This document shows positions 18,032-27,689 of a DNA stretch of 64,000 nt, piece after piece. Below the pieces are notes generated by a model. It was not told where the DNA came from, did no database searches, and saw nothing but the letters and a program-made list of their open reading frames with translations. Each line of letters begins with the position of its first letter. Positions within the stretch are counted from its first letter, which is position 1. The position numbers and the translations under genes were made by a program. The DNA comes from Verrucomicrobiales bacterium (lineage in GTDB: Bacteria > Verrucomicrobiota > Verrucomicrobiia > Limisphaerales > UBA11358), in NCBI GenBank assembly GCA_028712475.1, contig JAQTQB010000012.1, positions 8,029-72,028 on the forward strand, in the 5' to 3' direction.

Positions 18032-18277
18032 TCAGCGTTCCCTTTCCCGCTTCCGTTCCGCCATGAAGGTTTCCATCGCCTTGGTGCCTTTCAAGGAGCC
18101 GCGCAGGCTTTTGATGTAGGAACGGGTGATGGGTTTCAGCAGGATGCCTTCGGGAGTGGAAACGACCGTGGCCTTGGTGCCTTCCTCAATCTTAAATTCC
18201 TTGCGCAGGCGGCGGGGAATCACCACCTGGCCCTTCGTGCCGAAATTCACGGTCTCCAGCTTCAAGGTCGCAATCAT
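18032..18277 (-). CDS. AbrB/MazE/SpoVT-family antitoxin-like DNA-binding protein
   Basis: 81 aa. The swapped-hairpin motif GTKGQVVIPRRLRKEFKIEEGTKATVVSTPEGILLKP is followed by a charged tail. Confidence 0.7.
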   Translation of the reverse strand: MIATLKLETVNFGTKGQVVIPRRLRKEFKIEEGTKATVVSTPEGILLKPITRSYIKSLRGSLKGTKAMETFMAERKRERER

Positions 18278-18438
18278 GCAGGCAAGTTAGACCGGAATTC
18301 AAAAGCATGTCAAATCTGCTTCGTATGACTTGTTGACAATTGTAGCCGGCGCGGCGGGGCGGCTAAGTTTTCTTTCGTCCAAACCGGTTTTTAACAAAGC
18401 CATGGGAGCATTTTCGCCCGCCTCCCGTCAGACTGGAT

Positions 18439-21400
18439 ATGAAAAGGATCATGCTCGCATTGCTGGCCTGCGCGTTCACCAGTTTGGTCGCCGCAGGAAA
18501 ACCGGTTTCCACGCCGTCCGGCGACTTCGCCGTGCGCGAAATCCATTACGCCGCGCAACTCGCCGCCGACGAGGCGCGGCTCACGCTCAACCTTGAAGCC
18601 GATGCCACCGGCGCAAGTTCAGTGAAGATTCTGGAAGGCGACGTGGCCGTGCTGCCCGCGAAGTTGCCGGACGCGCTGAAAATCGTCCGCGACAAAAATT
18701 CCTACCTGCTCGTCGCGTCGCGCGCCGGCCATTTCAAATTCAGCCTGGAGGTCGTCGCCAAAATCCAGCGCGCCGAGCCGTGGAACCAGATTTCCTTCAC
18801 CGGCCCGGCGGCGACGATTGCATCCGTCACCGCGCAGGCCGCCGGCACGAACACCGATGTCCAGTTGCTCGCCGGCACGCTGCTGGAATCGTTCAAGACG
18901 AACGGCGTTTCCGGCGTGAAAGGTTTTCTCGGCGCGGAGCAAACGGTCGCGTTGCGCTGGCAGGGCAAGGTCACCGAAGTCGCACGCAAGGCGTTGCTCA
19001 CCGTGGATTCCGTCATCGCCGCTCAAGTCACGCCGACGGTCATCAAATACACCAGCAAGTTTCACTACGACATCGTGCAGGGCAATGTCGCGCAGCTCAC
19101 GCTCACGCTGCCCGCCGCGCAGGCGCTGACCAAGCTGGAAGGCGAACAGATCCGCGACTGGCACACGACGACCGTGGGCGATCAGCAAACGCTCACCGTC
19201 GAATTCATCAAGCCGCTGGAGAAAAGCTATGACCTCGTGATTTATTCCGAGCAGGCTGTGGAAGGCAGCCCCCTCACCCGTCCTTCGGACACCCTCTCCC
19301 CCATCGGGGGAGAGGGACGGGGTGAGGGGGCCGGCTTGAATACAGCGCTGAACCCGCCACAGCCGCTGGACACCGAGCGTGAATCGGGTTCGCTCACGGT
19401 CTTTGCCGAGGACACGCTGGTGGAAGTCGTCACGCTGAACGGATTGCGCCAGGTCAACGCGCCGGACAACGCCGTCGTCGCCTACCGCTTCAACGCGCGG
19501 CCGTTCGCACTCGCGCTGAAATTGAAACACATCGAACCGGTTGTCAGCGTGGCCGACCGCGTGAATGCCCGGCTCGAGGAAACGCGGCTCATCATTTCGC
19601 ACAACCTCGCGCTGAACGTCGAGAAGGCTGGAATCTACTCGCTGGAATTGACGCCGCCGCCGGGCTTCGCCGTCGCGGATGTTCGCGGTGACGGCATCGA
19701 GGATTGGAAATCCGGCGGCGACAAACTGACGGTGAATTTTTCCGCGCGCGTTCTGGGTGCGCGAAAGCTCGAGGTGCAACTGGAGCAGGCGCTGAAAACT
19801 TTTCCCAAACAAATTTCCGTCGCGCCGCTGCGCGTGACGGGCGCGGCGAAGGAAACGGCGGAGATCGGCGCGGCTTCGGCTGCTGGAATTCGCCTGAAAA
19901 CTTCGGAACTAAGCGGGCTGCGTGAAATTTCAGTGAACCGTTTGCCGGACCGCGCCGATGAAATCCTGGCGTTCACCGCCGAGCAGCCGGACTGGAAAGT
20001 TTCCATCGCCAGCGAACGCCTTGCCGCGCGCGTCGTGGCGGACGTTTTCAATTTGGTGACGATCGGCGACGGCGTGGTCGGCGGCAGCGCGACGATCCGT
20101 TATGGCCTCGTGAACCAGGGCGTGCAGGAATTCAAGGTGCGCGTGCCGGAGAATTGCAAGAACGTCGAGTTCACCGGCCCGAACATCCGGCGCAAGGAAG
20201 TGTCGGACGGTATCTGGACGATCGGCCTGCAGGACAAGGTCTGGGGCGGCTATACGCTGGTCGTCACCTACGATTTTCAATTCGACGCGAAGGGCGCGAC
20301 GCTGCCGCTGGGCGGCATTCACGCGGTGGACGTGGAGCGCGAGACGGGTTCGGTCGCGGTCACGACGGCGGCAAGTTTGCAGCTCAACGCAAAGATTTCC
20401 GGCGAGACGCTGCATCGCGTGGATGAGACGGAATTGTCCGCCGCCGACCGTTCGCTCGTCACGCGCGCGGTGATTCTCGCCTGGCAATACACCGGCGACC
20501 AATACGATTTGGCCGTGGCCGTGCAGCGTTTTGCCACCGAGCCGGTGCTGGAAGCCGTGGCCGACCGCACGCAAATCACCTCCGTGCTGACCGAGGCCGG
20601 CGAGATGCTCACGCAGGCGTCGTTCATGGTGAAGAACAATGAGAAACAATTTCAACGCTTTCAACTTCCGCGCGACGCGAAACTGTGGGGCTGCTACGTC
20701 AACGGCCAGCCCGCCAAGCCGGAACGCGACGGCGACTGGGTGCTGGTTTCACTGCCGCGCGATTTGAACCGCGACCAGGCGTTCGCCGTGGACATCATGT
20801 ATGCGCAGACGAACGGCGCGCTCGCCTCCACGTTCGGCAAGACGCTCGAACTTTCCGCGCCGCGCACCGACGTGCCAAACACTTACGCCGAATGGCAGTT
20901 GTTCGCGCCCGCGTCGCTGCGGCTGTCGGATTTCGGCGGCAGCATGAGCGTCACCCAGGGCACGACCTACGAACTGCTCGATGCGTGGGGGAAATTCCTG
21001 AAGTTCTACGGCGAAGTGCTGCGCGAGATGGGCGCCAGAATTCTGGTCTTCATCTTCCTCGCGCTGCTGGTCTTCGCGCTCGTCATCTTTGCGGTGAAAC
21101 GCGGTGCCAGCGGCGTCATCGAACTGCTGGTCGTCGTGGCCATTCTGGCCATCCTCGCCGCAATGATGCTCCCCGCGTTGAGCAAGGCTAAATTCAAGGC
21201 GCAAAGCATCAGTTCGATGAACAACCTCAAGCAAATTGGCCTCGCGGCAAGAATTTGGTCCGGCGACAATGGCGAGCGGCTGCCGGCCTCGTTCGAGGAG
21301 ATGAAAAACGAACTTGGCACGGACAAGATCACTTACGACCCCGCGACCGGCCAGCGTTACACCTATCTCGGCGGCGGGATGTCGCTGGACAGCCTCAAGC

Positions 21401-24400
21401 CCGATTCCGTCCTGGCCTACAGCACGATTGACAAGGGCCGCTGCGGAGTGTTGTTCGCCGACGGCAGCGTGCAGCAAATGACCGCTGAAAAATTTGCCGA
21501 GCTTTCGCAGCGCGGCCTCGTGCAGGTTGCCGCGCCGTCAGAACTTGCCGTGAGCCAGCGCGAGGTTGTCGCGCGCGGCCAGCTTGGCGACGGGCGGCCA
21601 GTTGCAGTTGCCGCTCCGGCGGGTCATTTTGCGGTGAACGGCACTGCGGGTGCAATGGGCGGCGGGGGCGGGGGCGGCGGCACAGCATTTTCAGTCGCGC
21701 CGCCCGCCACGCCAACGGCGTCCGGCATCCGTTCCATCCGCATTGAACTGCCGCAGACGGGCACGCCATTCCTGTTCACGAAAGTTTTGAACGTCCACGG
21801 CGAACCGCTTTCCATCCGCGCCAAAATGATTCCGCTGCACACGTTCCAGACGTTTCAAATGCTGTGGCAATCGGCGGCGTTTTTGCTCGGCCTCGTCGTG
21901 TGGTGGACGCAATGGCATCGCGCCAGCCGCAGCACGTTCATCCTCACCCTGGCGCTGGCGCTCGTCGCCGGCTCGGTGTGCAGCCTGTTGATCCAGTGGC
22001 GCGCGTTGCATGATGCGCTGATCGTCGGATTCCCGGTCACGGTCGTCGCCATCATCGCGCTGCTGGTCTGGAAATACTGGCCGCGCGGAACAAAGCCGGA
22101 AACAAAAGATGAACCGCCGATCATCCAGCCAACTGCGCCGGCCAATCCCATAGCCCCGTTGACCGCCGCCATCGCCCTGCTGCTCGCCATCAATTGCACC
22201 AGCGCATCCGCCGCCGAATCCGCAATCCGCGATCCACAATCGCAAATCGCCAATGCCTCGATTGTCTCCGCAGTTTATTCCGGCACGGTGAACGACCGCG
22301 TGGCGCTGCTCGACGCGACACTGCAATTTTCTGCGGTGAACATTGGCGACAACGTCCCGCTCTTTGGCGACGACGTGGCGGTGCAGCAGTTCACGGTGAA
22401 GAATGGCAAGGCGGAGCTTGTGCGCAACGGCGGGAGCATTTCCGCGAAGTTCGGCAGCAAGGGCAGCGTGACGTTGCAGGTCAAGATGCTCGTCAAAGTT
22501 TCCGGCGACGTGACGAAACGGCGGCTGACGTTCGCGATTCCCGCCGCGCTGTCGAGCCGCGCCGGATTTGCGCTCGCCGAATCCGAGGCCGACGTGGATT
22601 TCCCGGCGGCCATCTCCTTCAAGCGGATTTTGAAAAAGAACCAGACGCGCGTCGAAGCCGTGATGGGTTCCGCCGACCGCGTCGAGCTGCTCTGGACGCC
22701 GCGCGTGAAACGCGCCGAGGAGGTTGCCGCCACGGTTTTTTGCCGCAACGCCGCGCTGGTCACGTTCGGCGGCGGCGTGATGAACGTCCGCGCCACACTG
22801 GATTATCAGATCACGCAAGGCGAGTTGCGCCAGGCGCGCGTGCAACTGCCCGCCGGACAAAAACTGCTGCGTGTCGAGGGCCGCGACATCCGCACCTGGG
22901 AGATCAAGGAGGCGAACGGCGCGCAAACGCTCGTCGTGGACTTGATGAAGGGCATTCCGCTTGGCTGGCAACTGACGGTGGAAACGGAAAAAATCCTGGA
23001 CGCGCTGCCGGCGGACGCGGCGGTGGAACTGCCGCACGCGCTGGACGTGAAACGCGAGAACGGCCTGGTGGCCTTGCGCGGTTCGGATGAACTCGGGCTG
23101 TCCCTGGGATCTTCGAGCGGCCTGGAGCGCGTGGACGCGGAGGAATTTGCGCGGGTCAGCGCGGTGAAGGCGGACAAATTGTTCAGCGTGTTCCGGTTTG
23201 CAGACGCAAAATTTTCGCTGCGCGTTCGCGCCGAGGCGTTCCAGCCGGAGATCGAGGCCGTCGTGAAGAATAATCTCCGCGTGGGCAGCGAACAGATTTT
23301 GCTTTCGGCCCGGGTGGATTACACGATCAAGCGCGCCGGGGTGTTCGCATTGAAATTGGTTCTGCCCGACGGCTACCGCGTCGAGCGCGTGACCGGAAGC
23401 AACATCCAGCAGCAGGCCGAGCGGGTGGAAACAGGAGCGCCGGCCTCCGGCCCGGCCAGTGCGGCAAACGAATCGGAACGCGCCGGGTCGGAGACCGGCG
23501 CTCCACGGCGCGTGCTGGAGGTGACGTTGAAAGACCGCGTCACGGGCGCTTACTCGTTGAACGTCGAGCTGGCGCGCAGCTTCAAGGAGCTGCCGGGGAA
23601 AATTTCCATCGCGGGCGTGCATCCGCTCGGCGCGTCCAAGCTGACGGGATTCGTCGCGGTGTCCGCAGACGCGGGCGTGGCGGTGAAAACAGAATCGTTC
23701 GACGGACTGACGGAGATTCCGGCGGTGTCGCTGGCGGATTACGCGAACGCCGGTGGCGGCAGCGTGCTGGCTTACAAATTCATTTCCGCCGAGCCGAAGT
23801 CCGCGCCGGAATGGAAATTGAGCGTGGCCACGGAAAGTGTTTCCGCCTGGGTGCGCGCGGAGATCGTGAACAGCTTCACGCTCACCGAGACGCTCGTGAG
23901 CGGGCGCGCGCAGGTGCGCTACGAAATCGCCAACGCGCCGGTGAAAGAGCTCCGCGTGCGCGTGCCGGCGGAGTTCAAGAATGTCGAGATCACCGGCGCG
24001 AACATCCGCAGCCGCGAATTGAATGGTCACATCTGGCATGTGGAACTGCAAAGCCCGACCCGTGGATTTTATCTGCTCACCGTGACGTGGGACCAACCGC
24101 GCACGGCGCAATCCGGTGCGGTGGAACTGGTGGGAATTTCCGCCGCTGGCGTGGAACGCGAGTCGGGCTTGCTGGCGATCTCGGCGAAGTCGCCGTTGCA
24201 GGTCAGTGAATCGGCGGCGACGGATTTGCAGCGCGTGGACACGGGCGATTTCCCCGACTGGGCGGGCGTGCCGGACACCGCGACGACGCTGGCGTATCGC
24301 TACGTCCGGCCCGGATACAAGCTCGCGCTCGGCGTGCGGCGCTTCGACGACGCGGCGGTGCTGGAAGCGCTCGTGGACAGCGCCAGGTTCACCAGCGTCG

Positions 24401-25413
24401 TCGCCGATGACGGCCAGATGATGACGGAGATGGCTCTTACGGTGCGCAACAATGGCCGGCAATTTCTGGAGATCGAACTGCCGGCGGACGCGAAGGTGTG
24501 GTCGGCGTTTGTCGCCGGCCAGCCGGTGCGGCCCAGTTCACGCAATGGGAAACTGCTGCTGCCCATCGAATCGTCCGGCGATGGCGACATGACGGTGGAA
24601 CTGACCTATGTCGGCACGAATGTCTTTCCGCGCGCGAAAGGCTCCGTTGGATTCGTCTCGCCGAAGTTTGACGTGCCGTTGAAGAACGCGCGCTGGGAAA
24701 TCTATCTGCCGCCGGATTACGCCTATCAAAATTTCCAGGGCACGATGACGCGCGCGATCGCGTCCAGGCCGGAAACCGCGTCGTCGAGTTTCTCGCTCCT
24801 CGATTATTCGCGCATGGAACAGACCGGCAAGGAGACGGCGCGGGTGGATTTGCAGCGCGACGTGAGCGAGGCGCGGCGGCAGCTCGCCGGCGGCAACGTG
24901 CGCGTGGCCACCGAAAGTTTCAACCGCGCGAAGGCGAAATTTTCCGCCGACAAGGACGGCGGCGACGTCGTGAAAAAGCTGGAAAGCGACTTGAAATCCG
25001 CACAGGCGAGCAATCTCATCAACGCGCAGAACGATTTTGCCTACCGCAACAGCGGCTCGGTGGCCGCCACCGACCTGCCGGTGCAGAACGCCAGTGTGAA
25101 TTTGTATTACGACAGCGAATCGGCGCAGCAGCAATGGACGAAATTGCAGGCGGCGCAGGAGATTGTTACGGCCAGGGTGCAGCCGCTGCGGGTGAACCTG
25201 CCGGTGCGCGGCCAGCATTTCGCCTTCACCCAGGTGTTGCAGACGGAAGGCGGTCGGCCGATGACGATCCAGCTTTTCGCCGCCAGCACCAAGGCCGTGA
25301 GCTGGCCGATGCGCGGCCTGACAGCGGTCGGCGCGTTTCTGTTGCTTTGGGCGATGGTCGCGGTTTTGTCGCGCCTCACCTTGCGTGCGGACACAGTAAG
25401 AACATCAGTTTGA
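18439..25413 (+). CDS. giant (2324 aa) envelope protein: two paralogous beta-rich modules fused, with an internal pseudopilin-like module and 6 internal TM helices
   Basis: Signal peptide [20 protein letters not shown]. Module 1 (about 18526-21050) and module 2 (about 22260-25300) align along their length. Example pairs: [24 protein letters not shown] with [24 protein letters not shown]; [14 protein letters not shown] with [14 protein letters not shown]; [16 protein letters not shown] with [16 protein letters not shown]. The ORF is uninterrupted and ends in a C-terminal TM. Confidence 0.75.
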   Translation: MKRIMLALLACAFTSLVAAGKPVSTPSGDFAVREIHYAAQLAADEARLTLNLEADATGASSVKILEGDVAVLPAKLPDALKIVRDKNSYLLVASRAGHFKFSLEVVAKIQRAEPWNQISFTGPAATIASVTAQAAGTNTDVQLLAGTLLESFKTNGVSGVKGFLGAEQTVALRWQGKVTEVARKALLTVDSVIAAQVTPTVIKYTSKFHYDIVQGNVAQLTLTLPAAQALTKLEGEQIRDWHTTTVGDQQTLTVEFIKPLEKSYDLVIYSEQAVEGSPLTRPSDTLSPIGGEGRGEGAGLNTALNPPQPLDTERESGSLTVFAEDTLVEVVTLNGLRQVNAPDNAVVAYRFNARPFALALKLKHIEPVVSVADRVNARLEETRLIISHNLALNVEKAGIYSLELTPPPGFAVADVRGDGIEDWKSGGDKLTVNFSARVLGARKLEVQLEQALKTFPKQISVAPLRVTGAAKETAEIGAASAAGIRLKTSELSGLREISVNRLPDRADEILAFTAEQPDWKVSIASERLAARVVADVFNLVTIGDGVVGGSATIRYGLVNQGVQEFKVRVPENCKNVEFTGPNIRRKEVSDGIWTIGLQDKVWGGYTLVVTYDFQFDAKGATLPLGGIHAVDVERETGSVAVTTAASLQLNAKISGETLHRVDETELSAADRSLVTRAVILAWQYTGDQYDLAVAVQRFATEPVLEAVADRTQITSVLTEAGEMLTQASFMVKNNEKQFQRFQLPRDAKLWGCYVNGQPAKPERDGDWVLVSLPRDLNRDQAFAVDIMYAQTNGALASTFGKTLELSAPRTDVPNTYAEWQLFAPASLRLSDFGGSMSVTQGTTYELLDAWGKFLKFYGEVLREMGARILVFIFLALLVFALVIFAVKRGASGVIELLVVVAILAILAAMMLPALSKAKFKAQSISSMNNLKQIGLAARIWSGDNGERLPASFEEMKNELGTDKITYDPATGQRYTYLGGGMSLDSLKPDSVLAYSTIDKGRCGVLFADGSVQQMTAEKFAELSQRGLVQVAAPSELAVSQREVVARGQLGDGRPVAVAAPAGHFAVNGTAGAMGGGGGGGGTAFSVAPPATPTASGIRSIRIELPQTGTPFLFTKVLNVHGEPLSIRAKMIPLHTFQTFQMLWQSAAFLLGLVVWWTQWHRASRSTFILTLALALVAGSVCSLLIQWRALHDALIVGFPVTVVAIIALLVWKYWPRGTKPETKDEPPIIQPTAPANPIAPLTAAIALLLAINCTSASAAESAIRDPQSQIANASIVSAVYSGTVNDRVALLDATLQFSAVNIGDNVPLFGDDVAVQQFTVKNGKAELVRNGGSISAKFGSKGSVTLQVKMLVKVSGDVTKRRLTFAIPAALSSRAGFALAESEADVDFPAAISFKRILKKNQTRVEAVMGSADRVELLWTPRVKRAEEVAATVFCRNAALVTFGGGVMNVRATLDYQITQGELRQARVQLPAGQKLLRVEGRDIRTWEIKEANGAQTLVVDLMKGIPLGWQLTVETEKILDALPADAAVELPHALDVKRENGLVALRGSDELGLSLGSSSGLERVDAEEFARVSAVKADKLFSVFRFADAKFSLRVRAEAFQPEIEAVVKNNLRVGSEQILLSARVDYTIKRAGVFALKLVLPDGYRVERVTGSNIQQQAERVETGAPASGPASAANESERAGSETGAPRRVLEVTLKDRVTGAYSLNVELARSFKELPGKISIAGVHPLGASKLTGFVAVSADAGVAVKTESFDGLTEIPAVSLADYANAGGGSVLAYKFISAEPKSAPEWKLSVATESVSAWVRAEIVNSFTLTETLVSGRAQVRYEIANAPVKELRVRVPAEFKNVEITGANIRSRELNGHIWHVELQSPTRGFYLLTVTWDQPRTAQSGAVELVGISAAGVERESGLLAISAKSPLQVSESAATDLQRVDTGDFPDWAGVPDTATTLAYRYVRPGYKLALGVRRFDDAAVLEALVDSARFTSVVADDGQMMTEMALTVRNNGRQFLEIELPADAKVWSAFVAGQPVRPSSRNGKLLLPIESSGDGDMTVELTYVGTNVFPRAKGSVGFVSPKFDVPLKNARWEIYLPPDYAYQNFQGTMTRAIASRPETASSSFSLLDYSRMEQTGKETARVDLQRDVSEARRQLAGGNVRVATESFNRAKAKFSADKDGGDVVKKLESDLKSAQASNLINAQNDFAYRNSGSVAATDLPVQNASVNLYYDSESAQQQWTKLQAAQEIVTARVQPLRVNLPVRGQHFAFTQVLQTEGGRPMTIQLFAASTKAVSWPMRGLTAVGAFLLLWAMVAVLSRLTLRADTVRTSV
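19269..19330. repeat. compact GEGRGEG-type palindromic element in frame inside the giant ORF
   Basis: ccccctcacccgtcc...ctctcccccatcgggggagagggacggggtgaggggg, translated as [22 protein letters not shown]. The corresponding position in module 2 lacks it. Confidence 0.7.
21112..21540 (+). other. pseudopilin-like (type IV pilin N-terminal helix + H-X9-DG-like) module embedded in the giant ORF
   Basis: [49 protein letters not shown]...[13 protein letters not shown]. It is collinear with and similar to residues about 85-215 of the anti-sigma factor at 14824-16281. Confidence 0.7.
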
Positions 25414-25596
25414 TTTTGTTCGCGGCGTCACGGTCGGCTTGCTAGGTTGCGCGGGCATGAAAAATTGCGGAAACCTTTTCACGTCCGCGTTGTTTTAAAT
25501 GCCAACATCTGCCATGACCACCACCCATCTTGAAGCCCGCGCTCTCCGTGCCAAGTTGCGCGGGCTGGCGGCATCCGGCAGCAGGAAGGCCCGCGC

Positions 25597-26610
25597 ATGA
25601 GTGAGCAGAACCAGTTTCTCCTCTACACCGCGCCGGACGGGGCGGTGAAGGTGGATGTTGTCTTGAAGGACGAGACGGTGTGGCTGACGCAGAAAGCGCT
25701 GGCAGAGTTGTTCGGCGTGAAGCGACCGGCCATCACGAAGCACTTGCAGAACATCTTCGCCACCGGGGAGCTGGCCGAGGATTCAGTATGTTCCATTTTG
25801 GAACATACTGCCGGGGACGGAAAAACTTACTCGGCCAAATATTACAATCTCGATGCCATCATTGCCGTTGGCTACCGCGTCAACAGCTATCAGGCCACGC
25901 AGTTCCGCATCTGGGCGACGAAGACGCTGCGGGAATTCATTATCAAGGGTTTCGTGATGGATGACGAACGGCTGAAGCAGGGCAAGCAGGTCTTCGGCAA
26001 GGATTATTTCGACGAGTTGCTGGAACGCATCCGGGAAATCCGGGCCAGCGAGCGGCGGTTTTATCAGAAGCTCACGGACATTTACGCGCTGGCGGTGGAT
26101 TACAGTCCCGATGCGCCGGTGACGAAGGAGTTTTTCGCCACCGTGCAGAACAAGCTGCACTGGGCGATCACCGGCCAGACGGCGGCGGAGTTGATCTACG
26201 CCGCCGCCGATGCGACGAAGATTTACATGGGGCTGACGACGTGGAAGCACGCGCCGGGCGGAAAGATTCTGAAGTCGGATGTGACCGTGGCTAAGAATTA
26301 TTTGAGCGAGGCGCACGTAAAGGAATTGAACCGCATCGTCTCGGCCTACCTCGACCTGGCGGAGAACCGGGCCGAGCGGGGCATCCTGATGAAGATGACG
26401 GACTGGGCCAAGTTTCTGAACAGTTTTCTGGAGTTGTCGAACTACCCGATTCTGCAAGACAAAGGCAAGGTGAGCGCGCTGGAGGCGAAGCTCAAAGCGG
26501 AAGGCGAATACGAGGTGTATCGCCAGCGACAGGACGCCGAATACATCTCGGACTTCGATCGGGAGATCAAACACATCGAAGGCAGGAAACCCAAGCCGCC
26601 GAAGGAATGA
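25597..26610 (+). CDS. RhuM-family protein
   Basis: N-terminal LYTAPDGAVKVDVVLKDETVWLTQKALAELFGVKRPAITKHLQNIF and YNLDAIIAVGYRVNSYQATQFRIWATKTLREF are typical of RhuM-family proteins as I recall them. Confidence 0.7.
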   Translation: MSEQNQFLLYTAPDGAVKVDVVLKDETVWLTQKALAELFGVKRPAITKHLQNIFATGELAEDSVCSILEHTAGDGKTYSAKYYNLDAIIAVGYRVNSYQATQFRIWATKTLREFIIKGFVMDDERLKQGKQVFGKDYFDELLERIREIRASERRFYQKLTDIYALAVDYSPDAPVTKEFFATVQNKLHWAITGQTAAELIYAAADATKIYMGLTTWKHAPGGKILKSDVTVAKNYLSEAHVKELNRIVSAYLDLAENRAERGILMKMTDWAKFLNSFLELSNYPILQDKGKVSALEAKLKAEGEYEVYRQRQDAEYISDFDREIKHIEGRKPKPPKE

Positions 26611-26635
26611 ACCGCTTTAATTTCCAAGACATACG

Positions 26636-27586
26636 ATGACACCCACCAACATTGAAGCAGCCCGTGAAACGTGCAAGAAAATCGCGAGTAACATAGCAAC
26701 GATCATCCGCGGTCAGACGGACGCCACGCGCAACCTGGTCGCCACGCTCGCGGCGGGGGGGCATGTGTTGCTGGAGGATTTTCCTGGCACGGGCAAGACG
26801 ACGCTGGCCAAGGCGCTCGCGCGCTCGATTGACGCACAGTTCAAGCGCCTGCAATTCACGCCGGACCTGCTGCCGTCGGACATCCTCGGCGTGTCGGTGT
26901 TCAGCCAGCGCGACCAGTTGTTTCATTTTCACGAAGGGCCGGTGTTCACCAACATCCTGCTGGCCGACGAGATCAACCGCGCCTCGCCGCGCACGCAGTC
27001 GGCCCTGCTTGAGGCGATGGGCGAAGCGCAGGTGAGCGTGGAGGGTGAACGCCGGAATCTTTCGGAATTGTTTTTTGTCATCGCGACCCAGAACCCGGTG
27101 GAATTTCGCGGCACCTATCCGCTGCCGGAGGCGCAGATGGACCGGTTCGCCATGCAGTTCACGCTCGGCTACGTCGCGCCTGAAGAGGAAGTGGCCATCC
27201 TCACCGCGCAGCAGCACAATCATCCGCTCGATGAATTGAAACCCGTTGTGACGCTGGCGGACGTGCTGGCGCTCAAGCGCGCGGTCGAGGACGTGCGCAT
27301 CAGCGATGAATTGAAGCGTTACGCGGTGGACCTGGTCGCCGCCACGCGCACCGCGAGCGGGGTGCAACTGGGCGCCAGCCCGCGCGCGTCCATTGCCTTG
27401 ATGAAGATCGCGCAGGCGCTGGCGCTGTTCGACGGTTTTGATTTCGTCACGCCTGAACAGATACAGAAGCTGGCCGTGTCGGTCATCGCGCACCGGCTGG
27501 TGCTGGAGCCGCAGGCGCGCTTTTCCGGGGTGACGGCGCGCAGCGTGGTCGAGGACGCGGTGAAGAAATTGAAAGTGCCGGCGTGA
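26636..27586 (+). CDS. MoxR-family AAA+ ATPase
   Basis: Walker A LLEDFPGTGKTTLAKALA, Walker B ILLADEINRASPRTQSALLEAM. 316 aa. Confidence 0.9.
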   Translation: MTPTNIEAARETCKKIASNIATIIRGQTDATRNLVATLAAGGHVLLEDFPGTGKTTLAKALARSIDAQFKRLQFTPDLLPSDILGVSVFSQRDQLFHFHEGPVFTNILLADEINRASPRTQSALLEAMGEAQVSVEGERRNLSELFFVIATQNPVEFRGTYPLPEAQMDRFAMQFTLGYVAPEEEVAILTAQQHNHPLDELKPVVTLADVLALKRAVEDVRISDELKRYAVDLVAATRTASGVQLGASPRASIALMKIAQALALFDGFDFVTPEQIQKLAVSVIAHRLVLEPQARFSGVTARSVVEDAVKKLKVPA

Positions 27587-27595
27587 AAGAAAATT

Positions 27596-27689
27596 CAAAA
27601 TTAAAAATGTAAAATTAAAAAGCATTTTATGCGCGCCGCGAAATTTCCCTGCCTCGTTTTTTAATTTTTAATTTTGCATTTTTAATTTG
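27596..27689. repeat. AT-rich palindromic element built from (TTTTTAA)-type heptamers
   Basis: The arm caaaattaaaaatgtaaaattaaaaag pairs with ttttttaatttttaattttgcatttttaatttg. It lies between moxR and the DUF58 gene and reaches the DUF58 TTG start. A related array lies at 33634-33660. Confidence 0.65.

Noticed and set aside
17828-18328. 166-aa plus-strand ORF overlapping the AbrB-like gene.
   Set aside because: It is antisense to a motif-supported antitoxin gene and has no recognisable features.
18330-18345. A TTGACA hexamer upstream of the giant ORF as a sigma-70 -35 box.
   Set aside because: There is no convincing -10 element at 16-18 nt spacing, and promoter consensus in this lineage is uncertain.
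21691-24462. 923-aa ORF on the minus strand. Similar long antisense ORFs include 18619-19812, 50489-52240, 775-1737, 9407-10702, 32419-33648, 35878-36945, 59817-61217 and 62757-63911.
   Set aside because: All lie fully antisense to genes with clear motif-level identity. Their translations are Arg/Gly/His/Ala-rich and low in complexity, as expected for shadow ORFs in high-GC DNA.
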